Shown here: positions 1-8,598 of the stretch, piece by piece
Position numbering within the stretch: position 1 is the first letter of the stretch
Layout: every line of letters starts with the position of its first letter
Source: Aeropyrum pernix K1
GTDB lineage: Archaea; Thermoproteota; Thermoprotei_A; Sulfolobales; Acidilobaceae
Reading direction: 5' to 3'
DNA: 32,000 bases
NCBI RefSeq assembly: GCF_000011125.1
Contig: NC_000854.2
Coordinates: 450,001-482,000, forward strand
The notes under the pieces: generated by a model
The model's input: only the letters and a program-made list of their open reading frames with translations
The model's database searches: none
Told to the model about the DNA's origin: nothing
Made by a program: the position numbers and the translations under genes

Positions 1-6
1 GGACGG

Positions 7-2067
7 GTGTTGCTGCTGCCCAGGATGCTGGAGGAGGTGGTGTTAGCGGTCCCCGCCAGGGATTACGACAGGGTTGTGGCGGGGCTGGCAGTTGAGGGTA
101 TATTCCACGTCGACTCGCCGCCCCAGGGCGTCAAGGGGGAGGTGGACAGGAGCTACAGGGCCCTGCTGACCCAGGCTTCCGAGAGGTCCTCGAGGATAAG
201 GCAGTATTTCGACCTAGCGGGGGTGGAGCCCTACAGGGTGTCGGGGGTAGAGATAGAGGTTGGAGGGTGGGGCGAGAGCTGGAAGAGGTATCTAGAGAAG
301 TACTCCGGGGTGGAGAAGTTCTACTCTGGCCTCCTTGAGGAGTACTCCGAGGCCGAGGCCAGGCTTAAGGAGCTTCTCGACATCGAGGCCAGGATAGCCC
401 CTGTGGCGCATTTAGATGTTGATATAGCCAGGCTCTACAGGTCGGGGGCCTTCGACTTCGCAGTCTACTACGGGAGCTACTCTGAGGGGCTGGAGTCTAG
501 GGTCGGCGAGATAGTGTCGAGGGTCGGCGGGCTCGCCGCCGTGGAGGCCTCGGGCGGCTCTGTGGTCGTCGCTGTTGCGGTTCCGAAGGGCGCTCTGTCA
601 AAAATATCCCCCGAGATTCTCAGGCTGAACCTCTCGATATACACCCCCCCAGAGGGGGTTCCGGGGAGCCCGAGGGAGGCTATGGAGTACATTAGGGGGG
701 AGAAGGCTAGGCTGGGTAGGAGGCTGGTTAGCATACAGGAGATGGCCTCCGAGAGGCTCGGCGAGCTGGCCGAGTTCTACACCGTCGTCACTGCGTTCGA
801 AAACATCTTCAAGTTCTTAGTGTCGACCCTCCGGAGGGGTGAGACCAGGATAGTCAGGGGGTTTGTAGACGTCCGCGACTCTGGGAGGCTCAGGAGCATA
901 GTGGATAGGATGACGCGGGGCAGCTACGTCCTCCTCAGCCTCGGCGTCAGGAGGGGCGGCGAGGCCCCAATCCCCAGCAAGGTGGACCTCCCCCAGTTCC
1001 TCAAACCCTTCTCCAGGGTTGTGGAGCTCTACGGGTATCCAGAGCCGAACGAGATAGTACCCACGGTGTTCCTCGCGATAACCCTACCCCTGACATTCGC
1101 CTTGATGTTCCCCGACGCAGGCCAGGGCCTCCTCGTACTCCTATTCTCGCTATTCTACCTGAGGAGGGTGAGCAGGGACTGGGCGTACGTGATAGCCGTT
1201 ATGGGGGGTGCGAGCGTAGTCTCGGGCCTGCTGGCGGGCGAGGTGTTCGGCCCTCTCGTGTCTAAGATGCTAGGTCTGCCGGAGCTGTGGTACAGGCTGG
1301 GTCTCGAGACGCCGCCCTACGCCATGCCGACGTACGCCATAGACCACGGTGAGGAGGAGCTTGTGCCTGTACTCGTCTATAGGGCGTTGAACGTCAGCCT
1401 CTTCATGGGCGCCTTCATGCTGAGCTTCGGAACTTTTCTCGGCGTTGTGAACGGGGTTATAAAGAGGGACTGGGTCGGCCTGGTGGAGTCTAGGCTGCCG
1501 AGGTTCCTCCTGTTCGCCTCGATAACAGGACCCTTCCTAGTCTACATGGACGCGGGGGAGGCTGGATCAGTCTTAAGGCAGGCCCTCCTAGAGCTGGGGG
1601 GCGACAGCATAGCGGCTAAGCTGGTTCTAGCCGGCTCTGTGCTCGGCCTGGCCTGGATGCTGCTGGCAGGCCCCATAATCTACATGCTCGAGGGCCACAG
1701 CCCCCTGGCAGGCCTAGCCAACAGCTTCCTGGAGGCCTACGAGTCTCTGCTCATGCTGGTGGGCAACATACCCAGCTTCCTCAGGATTATGGCCCTAGCC
1801 CTCGCCCACTCCAGCCTGATGTTCGTCATCTACTACCTAACAGTCATGATAATGCAGGGCGGCATACTGGCCGACGTTGTGGGTGCCCTCCTGTACGTGG
1901 GAGGCAACCTCGCCGTGGCTGCTATGGAGGGGCTGCTGGCGTTCGCCCACGCCTCGAGGCTGCACTTCTACGAGTGGTTCAGCAAGTTCTACAGCGGCAC
2001 CGGCGTTCCATATACTCCCATCAAGGTCGAGGGTGTAAGGATAAAAATAGCGGGCCAGACCTTTTAG
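7..2067 (+). CDS. atpI: V/A-type ATP synthase subunit I (membrane stator/a subunit)
   Basis: 686-aa ORF with a long soluble N-terminal domain, multiple C-terminal TM segments, and typical V-ATPase 116-kDa/I-subunit segments (FPDAGQGLLVLLFSLFYLRR, MILEGHSPLAG-like, SFLRIMALALAHSSLM). True start may be the ATG at about 25 (MLEEVVLAV). Confidence 0.93.
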   Translation: MLLLPRMLEEVVLAVPARDYDRVVAGLAVEGIFHVDSPPQGVKGEVDRSYRALLTQASERSSRIRQYFDLAGVEPYRVSGVEIEVGGWGESWKRYLEKYSGVEKFYSGLLEEYSEAEARLKELLDIEARIAPVAHLDVDIARLYRSGAFDFAVYYGSYSEGLESRVGEIVSRVGGLAAVEASGGSVVVAVAVPKGALSKISPEILRLNLSIYTPPEGVPGSPREAMEYIRGEKARLGRRLVSIQEMASERLGELAEFYTVVTAFENIFKFLVSTLRRGETRIVRGFVDVRDSGRLRSIVDRMTRGSYVLLSLGVRRGGEAPIPSKVDLPQFLKPFSRVVELYGYPEPNEIVPTVFLAITLPLTFALMFPDAGQGLLVLLFSLFYLRRVSRDWAYVIAVMGGASVVSGLLAGEVFGPLVSKMLGLPELWYRLGLETPPYAMPTYAIDHGEEELVPVLVYRALNVSLFMGAFMLSFGTFLGVVNGVIKRDWVGLVESRLPRFLLFASITGPFLVYMDAGEAGSVLRQALLELGGDSIAAKLVLAGSVLGLAWMLLAGPIIYMLEGHSPLAGLANSFLEAYESLLMLVGNIPSFLRIMALALAHSSLMFVIYYLTVMIMQGGILADVVGALLYVGGNLAVAAMEGLLAFAHASRLHFYEWFSKFYSGTGVPYTPIKVEGVRIKIAGQTF

Positions 2068-2070
2068 ACG

Positions 2071-3288
2071 GTGCTCACCCCCTTGGCGGGAGGTTATAAC
2101 AGGAGGGTAGACCTCATAACCGGCAGCCCGACGCGGAAGATAGATGCCGTGAGGGAGAGGCTGGCCCGGGAGGGCAGGGACGTCATACTGCTCTCCACGG
2201 GCCAGCCCGGCTTCCTCCCACCCACGTTCCTTAGGGAGAGGCTGGCCCAAGCCCTCCTCGACGAGGGGTTTAAGAGGCTTTACTCCTACACCCCGACCCC
2301 CGGGTACGCCGACGTTAGGGAGGCGATAGCCGAGGACCTCGCAGCACTAGGCGGCCCTAGGATGGAGCCCGACGACATACTTGTCACCGCGGGCGGGCAG
2401 GAGGCTATGTTCGCAACCCTCTCCACAATACTGGAGCCGGGGGACAAGGTTATATTGATGGACCCGACCTACTTCGGCTACAGACCCATAGTCGAGTACC
2501 TGGGAGGGAGGGTGGAGTGGGTCAGGGCACCCCCCTCCCTGGGGTTCCAGCCCGACGAGGAGAGGCTTAAGGAGGCGTTCACCAGGGACGTCAAGGCAGT
2601 TGTGCTTGTCTCGCCTGACAACCCCACAGGAAGGCTACTCTCCACAGAGTCTGCGAAGCTTGTCGCCGACCTCGCGGTGGACACGGGGGCGTGGATAGTC
2701 TATGACGAGGCCTACAAGACGCTGGTTTTCGAGGGCGAGCACGTCTACCTCTACAAACTCGCACCGGACAACACTATATCCATAAACACTTTCAGCAAAG
2801 ACCCGGGGTTCCCCGGCTGGAGGCTGGGCTACCTCTACGGGCCCGGATGGATAGTCGGGAAGATTAGGCTAGTGTCGGAGGAGCTGGTGTACTGCCCCCC
2901 CAGCATAGCGCAGGTGGCGGCCAAAATATACCTGGAGGATAGGGAGGGGAGGCTCAGGCACCTGGAGTACGCCAGGGAGTTCCTGAAGACGAGGATGGAG
3001 GCCATGGCGGGTGCTCTAGAGGAGATGCTGCCGGAGGCAGTGTTCGCGAGGCCCGGCGGCTCCATGTTCATAACAGTAGACCTCTCAAGCTACCTCTCGA
3101 AAGCCTCTATAACGTCTGAGGACCTCTCTGTAAAGCTCCTAGACGAGGAGTCGGTGGCCACGGTGCCAGGCCGCTACTTCGGCCCCAGCGGCGACACAAT
3201 GCTCAGGCTGAGCTTCGCCACCGAAACCCCGGAGAGGATAAGGGAGGGTATAGGGAGGCTGGCTAGGCTGCTGGAGAGGCTGGCTTGA
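2071..3288 (+). CDS. Class I/II pyridoxal-phosphate aminotransferase
   Basis: 405-aa ORF with LLSTGQPGFLPP, a GGQEAMFATLSTI segment, VSPDNPTGRL and an SFSKDPGFPGWRLGY segment around the PLP lysine. Confidence 0.9.
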   Translation: MLTPLAGGYNRRVDLITGSPTRKIDAVRERLAREGRDVILLSTGQPGFLPPTFLRERLAQALLDEGFKRLYSYTPTPGYADVREAIAEDLAALGGPRMEPDDILVTAGGQEAMFATLSTILEPGDKVILMDPTYFGYRPIVEYLGGRVEWVRAPPSLGFQPDEERLKEAFTRDVKAVVLVSPDNPTGRLLSTESAKLVADLAVDTGAWIVYDEAYKTLVFEGEHVYLYKLAPDNTISINTFSKDPGFPGWRLGYLYGPGWIVGKIRLVSEELVYCPPSIAQVAAKIYLEDREGRLRHLEYAREFLKTRMEAMAGALEEMLPEAVFARPGGSMFITVDLSSYLSKASITSEDLSVKLLDEESVATVPGRYFGPSGDTMLRLSFATETPERIREGIGRLARLLERLA

Positions 3289-3317
3289 AAGCCCTCCACC
3301 CCCCCGGGTTGCCTAGG

Positions 3318-3671
3318 CTAGCATACTCTACTACCAGGCTCCACCGGCTCGCTGACAGTCAGCAGCACAGGCTTCTCGCTGTCGCCGCATGGGGCTGCCA
3401 GCACCATCCCCTGGCTAACCTCACCCGCCATCCTCTTCGGCTGCAGGTTGGCAACAACTATGACAAGCCTGCCCACAAGCTCCTCGGGGGAGTACCACTT
3501 TGCTATGCCGGCGAGGACCTGCCTCTCCTCCCCCCCAATATCCACTATAAGCTTGAGCAGTTTCTTGCTGTGTGGGAGCCTCTCAGCCTTGACAACCCTC
3601 CCCACCCGCAGGTCAACCTTAGCAAAATCCTCTATACCGATAAGACCTGCCTCCCCTCCGCTTGCCAACAC
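3318..3671 (-). CDS. tRNA-binding (EMAP/OB-fold) domain protein, methionyl-tRNA synthetase beta-subunit/CsaA-like
   Basis: 117 aa: FAKVDLRVGRVVKAERLPHSKKLLKLIVDIGGEERQVLAGIAKWYSPEELVGRLVIVVANLQPKRMAGEVSQGMVLAA is the classic tRNA-binding domain signature. Confidence 0.9.
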   Translation of the reverse strand: MLASGGEAGLIGIEDFAKVDLRVGRVVKAERLPHSKKLLKLIVDIGGEERQVLAGIAKWYSPEELVGRLVIVVANLQPKRMAGEVSQGMVLAAPCGDSEKPVLLTVSEPVEPGSRVC

Positions 3672-3743
3672 GCTTCACCACGCTGAAATATCCCTCCGGG
3701 AGGATAAAGAATCTAATTCCCGGGGTGACGACCCCAGGCGACA

Positions 3744-3792
3744 CTGAACACCCCCGGAAGGGAGCCTGGGGGTGTTGTGAGGAGTTCAGCCT
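3744..3792 (-). ncRNA. Copy 1 of a duplicated structured element (candidate small RNA or leader element)
   Basis: CTGAA (3744-3748), hairpin aacaccccc/gggggtgtt (3747-3755/3768-3776), then TGTGAGGAGTTCAGCCT (3776-3792), identical to copy 2. Strand assigned from a TATA-like GATATAAG about 25-30 bp upstream on the minus strand. Confidence 0.4.
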
Positions 3793-3814
3793 TGTCCGAC
3801 CCTTTAGGGGGGTT

Positions 3815-4639
3815 TCAACTTATATCTTCGAGGGGCTCTTTTGCGTGAACTACGTGCTCCTCGCCTGGGAACCTGCCGTTTCTCACGTCTTCGGCGTATC
3901 TTGTGACAGCCTCCACCATTATCCTCCTGGCGTCGACATACTTTTTGGCGAAGGGTGGTGTGTGTCGTGAGAGGCCTACTATATCGTGGAACACTATTAT
4001 CTGGCCGTCACACCTCCTACCGCTGCCTATGCATATCGTCGGCACCGGCACCCTCCTGGTAACCATTTCTGCTGCCTCCTCGGATACGAACTCCAGCACT
4101 ATGCTGAAGACGCCCGCCTCGACGAGGGACTCTGCGTCTAGGAGCAGCCTGCGGGCCTCATCCCTCCCCCGGGCCCTGGGCCTGTAGCCTCCTATCCTCA
4201 TGGCCCTCTGGGGGGTTAGGCCGAGGTGGCCCATCACCGGTATCCCGGCGTCTACTATGGCCTTCACCCTGTCGGCGTACTCGCTACCGCCCTCGAGCTT
4301 CACAGCCTCTGCCCCCACTCTCGCGAGAGCCACGGCACTCTCTACAGCGGCGCTTGAGCTGGGCTCGTAGCTGCCGAAGGGCATGTCGGCCACTATCAAA
4401 GGCCTCTTGGCCGCTCTCGCAACAGCTGCGGTGTGTCTAACCATATCATCCAGCGTTACCTGGAGGGTTGAGGGGTAGCCCAGGACTACCATCCCCAGGC
4501 TGTCGCCGACCAGTATAACGTCCACCCCCGCCTCATCCGCTATCCAGGCTGTCGGGTAGTCGTAGGCGGTCACAGCCACTATCGGCCTCGACCCCTTCAT
4601 CTTCAATATCCTCCTAGCTGTAACCTTATCCCCTGGCAT
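3815..4639 (-). CDS. panB: 3-methyl-2-oxobutanoate hydroxymethyltransferase (ketopantoate hydroxymethyltransferase)
   Basis: 274 aa: VAVTAYDYPTAWIADEAGVDVILVGDSLGMVVLGY, MGHLGLTPQ, IGSGRRCDGQIIVFHDIVG. Confidence 0.95.
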   Translation of the reverse strand: MPGDKVTARRILKMKGSRPIVAVTAYDYPTAWIADEAGVDVILVGDSLGMVVLGYPSTLQVTLDDMVRHTAAVARAAKRPLIVADMPFGSYEPSSSAAVESAVALARVGAEAVKLEGGSEYADRVKAIVDAGIPVMGHLGLTPQRAMRIGGYRPRARGRDEARRLLLDAESLVEAGVFSIVLEFVSEEAAEMVTRRVPVPTICIGSGRRCDGQIIVFHDIVGLSRHTPPFAKKYVDARRIMVEAVTRYAEDVRNGRFPGEEHVVHAKEPLEDIS

Positions 4640-4660
4640 GAAGCCTACACCCTATCCAGG

Positions 4661-5623
4661 CTAGTTGGGTGTCGTGGGGTTTAGCCGTTCCATGGAGCCG
4701 CATTTGAGCGCGAAGAGAGCCTGGAGTAGGCTGTAGAGCGCCTCAACAGTGGGCGCCCCAACCCCCAGCCTCGACGCCTCCTCAACGACGCGCCCGGCGA
4801 TGTATGGGGCCTCGCTCCTCCTACACCTCCTCAGGTCCTGCAGGGTAGACGACTCGTTATCGTAGGTCTGGAGCGCCACGAGCCTCGTGTACTCCACCGG
4901 GTCCTCCGGGAGACTGTAGCCAAGCATGGAGGCCACCAGCCCGACCTCGGAGGCAGCCCTCGACGCCAGCCTCCACGCCTCCCTGCTCTCTACAACAAAC
5001 CCGTTCCTCGAGCCGAGTATGGTGGTGACCAGGTTTATCGCCGAGTTCGCCGCAGCCTTCAGCCACCTCCACGCCTCTATGTCTCCCGCCAGGAGTGCGG
5101 GCGCCCCGCCCCTCCGGAGTATCTCGAATGATTCGAAAGCGGCGCCGCTGACCCCGCCTCTAGACCCTACTATAAGCCTGCCTAACCCTGCGACCCGCGC
5201 CAGCCCTGGCTCGAGAGAGGCTACCCCGCTCTCCACAACTATAGCCGCGGCATCTACACCCAGATCCAAAGCCTTCTCATAACCCCCCCACCCGTTGCCC
5301 GCGACGGCGACCATCTCGGAGAACTCCGCTGCAGCCTCCACAGCGGCCGCGGCGTCGTAGGCCTTCACAGATATGAAGGAGAGCCTACACCCCCGGGGCG
5401 GTGTACCCACGTAGGGCTCCAGAGGCACATAGGCGTCTACGACGCCGTAGAGCCTGAGACCCGCCTGGAGCCTCATTGCCTGAGACCGCCTTCTAACCAC
5501 TGCTATAGGCGTATCGCCTGTCCCCCGGTAAACATAGTATGCCAGTAGGCTCCCCACGCCACCCAGCCCGACTATACAGTAGGCTCCCACACCGCCTACC
5601 CCGAGGCCCGGCCTGACCTGCAC
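4661..5623 (-). CDS. panE: 2-dehydropantoate 2-reductase family protein
   Basis: N-terminal Rossmann GLGGVGSLLAYYV, SVKAYDAAAAVEAA, NSAINLVTTILGSRNG, PTVEALYSLLQAL; adjacent to and codirectional with panB. Confidence 0.88.
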   Translation of the reverse strand: MQVRPGLGVGGVGAYCIVGLGGVGSLLAYYVYRGTGDTPIAVVRRRSQAMRLQAGLRLYGVVDAYVPLEPYVGTPPRGCRLSFISVKAYDAAAAVEAAAEFSEMVAVAGNGWGGYEKALDLGVDAAAIVVESGVASLEPGLARVAGLGRLIVGSRGGVSGAAFESFEILRRGGAPALLAGDIEAWRWLKAAANSAINLVTTILGSRNGFVVESREAWRLASRAASEVGLVASMLGYSLPEDPVEYTRLVALQTYDNESSTLQDLRRCRRSEAPYIAGRVVEEASRLGVGAPTVEALYSLLQALFALKCGSMERLNPTTPN

Positions 5624-5650
5624 TTACCTTGCCTGGGAGGAGGTGTTGTA

Positions 5651-5727
5651 TGGTGGACCGGCCGGGATTTGAACCCGGGGCCTCCCGGATGCCAACCGGG
5701 CGCTCTTCCAGGCTGAGCTACCGGCCC
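5651..5727 (-). tRNA. tRNA-Ala (anticodon GGC), CCA encoded
   Basis: Minus strand GGGCCGG TAGCTCAGCCTGGAAGAGC GCCCGGTTGGCATCCGGG AGGCC CCGGGTTCAAATCCCGG CCGGTCC A CCA; anticodon stem CCCGG/CCGGG with loop TTGGCAT. Confidence 0.97.
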
Positions 5728-5854
5728 ACACCCGCGCCTCCGCTGGAGGCGCGGCGCCCCAGGATACCTATCATATCTTTTTGAAGAGGTTTTAAGGATT
5801 AGGCCTTCCCTAGGCTGGAGGGTGGCCGTAAAACCCCTGGGGGCTCTCTAGTTT

Positions 5855-6316
5855 TTGAGGTGGACGGTCTTGCCGGGGGCGGTGCACTCTCTGAGGGGTA
5901 CTGTGTTCTGGAGCGAGACTGACGCGGCGCAGATAGCCCATTTCAGCACTTTCTTCAAGATATGTGAGTGGGCTGAAGAGGACTTTTTCAGGAGGGCGCT
6001 GGGGGACGAGGCTTTCCACGGCGTCCTCGAGTCTAACGTCATGTTCCCCAGGGTTAGGGCTGAGTGCACCTACCACTACCCATTGCACGTCCACGATGAC
6101 TTCAGGGTTGATATAGTGGACGTGGTTATAGGGGTTAAGAGCATAACGTACACCTTCAAGGTGTGGAACGAGACCCACTCGACCCTCTCGGCGGAGTGCA
6201 GGCTGGTGACGGTGGCTGTCGACCCGAGGGGGTTCAAGTCCGTAGAGGTTCCTGGCTACATAAGGGAGAGGCTGCTGGAGGCTGGGGCCCGCCGGGCTGA
6301 GAGTGGAGGGCGGTAG
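5855..6316 (+). CDS. Acyl-CoA thioesterase, 4-hydroxybenzoyl-CoA thioesterase-like hotdog fold
   Basis: 153 aa: VFWSETDAAQIAHFSTFFKICEWAEEDFFRRAL matches the YbgC/4HBT signature (W.D.D..GH...Y....E). Start uncertain (TTG at 5855 or a downstream TTG/GTG). Confidence 0.75.
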   Translation: MRWTVLPGAVHSLRGTVFWSETDAAQIAHFSTFFKICEWAEEDFFRRALGDEAFHGVLESNVMFPRVRAECTYHYPLHVHDDFRVDIVDVVIGVKSITYTFKVWNETHSTLSAECRLVTVAVDPRGFKSVEVPGYIRERLLEAGARRAESGGR

Positions 6317-6384
6317 AGGGTTCGTCGGCCAACCTCTTTAACCTCCCAAAGACTATACTCTATTGCCAGTGGGGATGCCGCGGG

Positions 6385-6681
6385 TTGCCTGCGCCTCTCA
6401 GAAAGGTTGTCCTCGACGTGCTGAAGCCCATAAGGGGCCCCTCCATAATTGATGTGAGCAGGGAGGTGGCCGCCCTCCCCGGGATAGAGGGTGTGAACAT
6501 TACTGTAAAGGAGATAGATGTCGAGACTGTAACGCTAACCATGACTATAGAGGGTAGCGACATAGACTATGGCTCTGTGGAGAAGAAGCTGGAGGAGCTG
6601 GGGTGCATAGTCCACAGCATAGACCAGGCTGTAGCCGGTAAGAAAATAGTGGAGCAGGAGGAGGTGGAGCAGGGGGAGTAG
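6385..6681 (+). CDS. DUF211 family protein
   Basis: 98 aa: LRKVVLDVLKPIRGPSIIDVSREVAALPGIEGVNITVKEIDVETVTLTMTIEGSDIDY...IEELGCIVHSIDQ pattern typical of archaeal DUF211. Confidence 0.85.
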   Translation: MPAPLRKVVLDVLKPIRGPSIIDVSREVAALPGIEGVNITVKEIDVETVTLTMTIEGSDIDYGSVEKKLEELGCIVHSIDQAVAGKKIVEQEEVEQGE

Positions 6682-6707
6682 GGGGCCCGCTGCAGCAGGG
6701 AGACTCC

Positions 6708-7094
6708 TCACTCCTCCAACTCTATCTCGACAGGTGTTTCCCCCTCTAGCGTCCACGCCTTAACCTCTCCTGGGCAGGCTATTAGCCAGACCCCGGGCCA
6801 CCTCTTCATCCCCTCCACATCCTTCCCGCTCGGGCTTGGAGGGCAGGTTGTGTGGGTGTGGTAGACTCCGACAACCTCCAGCCCCAGCTTCTCCGCCGCC
6901 CTGTGTGCCTGGACCACCTGCCAGGGGTCTGACTCGAACTCCTCCGGGCTCTGCTTCAGATTGTCCGTCCTGTAGAGTATGTAGGCGTAGACGGTGTCCC
7001 CCCTCCTGGCGCCTATCACCAGGCCGGCCTCCTCGTTATGGGCTAGCGCCATCAGCTTGAGGACCTGCCTCAACGGCCCTATGCTAGCCTTCAA
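6708..7094 (-). CDS. JAB1/MPN/Mov34 (JAMM) metalloprotease-like protein
   Basis: 128 aa with the complete JAMM motif HTH-x7-S-x2-D (HTHTTCPPSPSGKD) and upstream Glu (HNEE). Confidence 0.85.
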   Translation of the reverse strand: MKASIGPLRQVLKLMALAHNEEAGLVIGARRGDTVYAYILYRTDNLKQSPEEFESDPWQVVQAHRAAEKLGLEVVGVYHTHTTCPPSPSGKDVEGMKRWPGVWLIACPGEVKAWTLEGETPVEIELEE

Positions 7095-7635
7095 GGCTGA
7101 CCAGCCTCGCCTCCATGGACTCCAGGTCTAGTATTGCTGCCGAGGGCTTTTCTAGGGAGCCTCCCCCGTCGCCGGGGTTTAAGACTAGGGAGCCTCCCAC
7201 CCTCTCAACCCTAGCCTTATGCGTGTGGCCGTAGAGAACTGCGTCCCACCTGCCGCTCGAGGCTAGGGCGTCGACCAGCTCTACAGTGTTCTCCGGCGAC
7301 CCGAAGCCGTGGAGCAGAAGGAGCCTCCTACCGCCTATGGAGACCGTGGCCGGGGGGTCGAGGAGAGAGGCTCCAAAACCCCCTGCAACCCTCGAAAGCC
7401 CCAGCCTCTCGCCATCGTTGTTGCCGAACACCCCGTAGAACACGGCCTTACCGCCGACTACCCCTAGGAGCTCTGCCAGTGTGAAGGGCGCCACGTAGTC
7501 TCCGAGGTGTATCACAGCCTCAACCCTCTCGCGGGCGAAGATCTCCCCCGCCCTCCTGGCTAGGGCCAGGTTATCGTGGGTATCGCTGATAACCCCCACA
7601 AGCAAGGACGGCGCACCCACAATCCTAACTCGCAC
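7084..7635 (-). CDS. YfcE/MJ0936-type metallophosphoesterase (phosphodiesterase)
   Basis: 183 aa: GVISDTHDNL, HLGDYVAPF, VFGNNDGE, LLHGFGSPE, LYGHTHKA motifs. Confidence 0.93.
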   Translation of the reverse strand: MRVRIVGAPSLLVGVISDTHDNLALARRAGEIFARERVEAVIHLGDYVAPFTLAELLGVVGGKAVFYGVFGNNDGERLGLSRVAGGFGASLLDPPATVSIGGRRLLLLHGFGSPENTVELVDALASSGRWDAVLYGHTHKARVERVGGSLVLNPGDGGGSLEKPSAAILDLESMEARLVSLEG

Positions 7636-7694
7636 AGGGGGCTCGGATTAATTTGATCCCACTGCAGCTAGGATCCCGTGGAGGTGGATGATAT

Positions 7695-7901
7695 TTGGAG
7701 GGTCTGAAGAACCTGGTGGTGGAGGATCTTTCGAAGCTCTGGATAGAGTACGACAGGAACACGGACACCCTCTACATAAACTTCGGCGAGGGGGAGCCTG
7801 ACGAGAGCGTGCTTATAGGGGATAATGTGATTGCTAACATTAGGGAGGGGAGGCTGATTAGCATTATAGTGACCGACTTCTCGAGGCTGGCGGGCCTTTA
7901 G
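7695..7901 (+). CDS. DUF2283 family small protein
   Basis: 68 aa: WIEYDRNTDTLYINFGEGEPDESVLIGDNVIANIREGRLISIIVTDFSRL. Confidence 0.75.
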   Translation: MEGLKNLVVEDLSKLWIEYDRNTDTLYINFGEGEPDESVLIGDNVIANIREGRLISIIVTDFSRLAGL

Positions 7902-7929
7902 GGGGCCCCAGGGGCCGGGTGGAGGGGCT

Positions 7930-8598
7930 ATGGCCAGGGGTATCAAGCTTGTAATATTCGACGTTGACGGCGTCCTCGTCGAGGTTAAGAGCAGCTGGGG
8001 GTATATCCACAGGAGGCTGGGGGTTGAGGAGGAGGCTATGAAGGTTAAGGAGATGTTCGAGAGGGGCTCTATAGACTATATAGAGTGGATGCGGCTCGAC
8101 ACGGAGCTCTGGATAAGGGCCTCGGGGGGCAGGCTGCATAGGAGCAGGCTCATGGAGATAGTGGGGGAGATCCCTGTCAGGAAGGAGGCTTTCGAGGCTG
8201 TGAGGATGCTCCGCCGCATGGGGCTTAGGATAGGGCTTGTCAGCAGCGGTATAGACCTGCTTGTGAGGCGTGTAGCGGCTGAGATAGGGGCCGACGCGTG
8301 GGCCTCCAACAGGCTGTTATTCGACAAGAACGGCTTCCTGCAGCCCGGCGGCTCGCCCCTGGTAGGTGTTGACAAGCGGGGTGCCGTCACTAGGATGGCA
8401 TACGAGCTCGGGGCCAGTCTTGAGGAGGTTGCCTACGTGGGCGACAGCAGGTGGGACGCTAGCGCGATGAGCATAGTGGGCCTCCCCATAGCCTATAACG
8501 ATGGGGGGGAGCTTGACGGGGTGGCCAGGGCTAGGGTTGATAGCCTTCTGGATGTGCCGAGGGTGGTGGCGGAGTGGGGAAGGGCGAGGGCGAGGTAG
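7930..8598 (+). CDS. HAD-superfamily phosphatase (phosphoserine-phosphatase-like)
   Basis: 222 aa: FDVDGVLVEVKSSWGYIH, GLRIGLVSSGIDLLVRRVAAEIGADAWASN, VDKRGAV, VAYVGDSRWD. Confidence 0.85.
   Translation: MARGIKLVIFDVDGVLVEVKSSWGYIHRRLGVEEEAMKVKEMFERGSIDYIEWMRLDTELWIRASGGRLHRSRLMEIVGEIPVRKEAFEAVRMLRRMGLRIGLVSSGIDLLVRRVAAEIGADAWASNRLLFDKNGFLQPGGSPLVGVDKRGAVTRMAYELGASLEEVAYVGDSRWDASAMSIVGLPIAYNDGGELDGVARARVDSLLDVPRVVAEWGRARAR

Noticed and set aside
3285-3686. 133-aa plus-strand ORF
   Set aside because: Antisense to the clear EMAP/tRNA-binding protein gene; composition is a mirror of GC-rich coding DNA.
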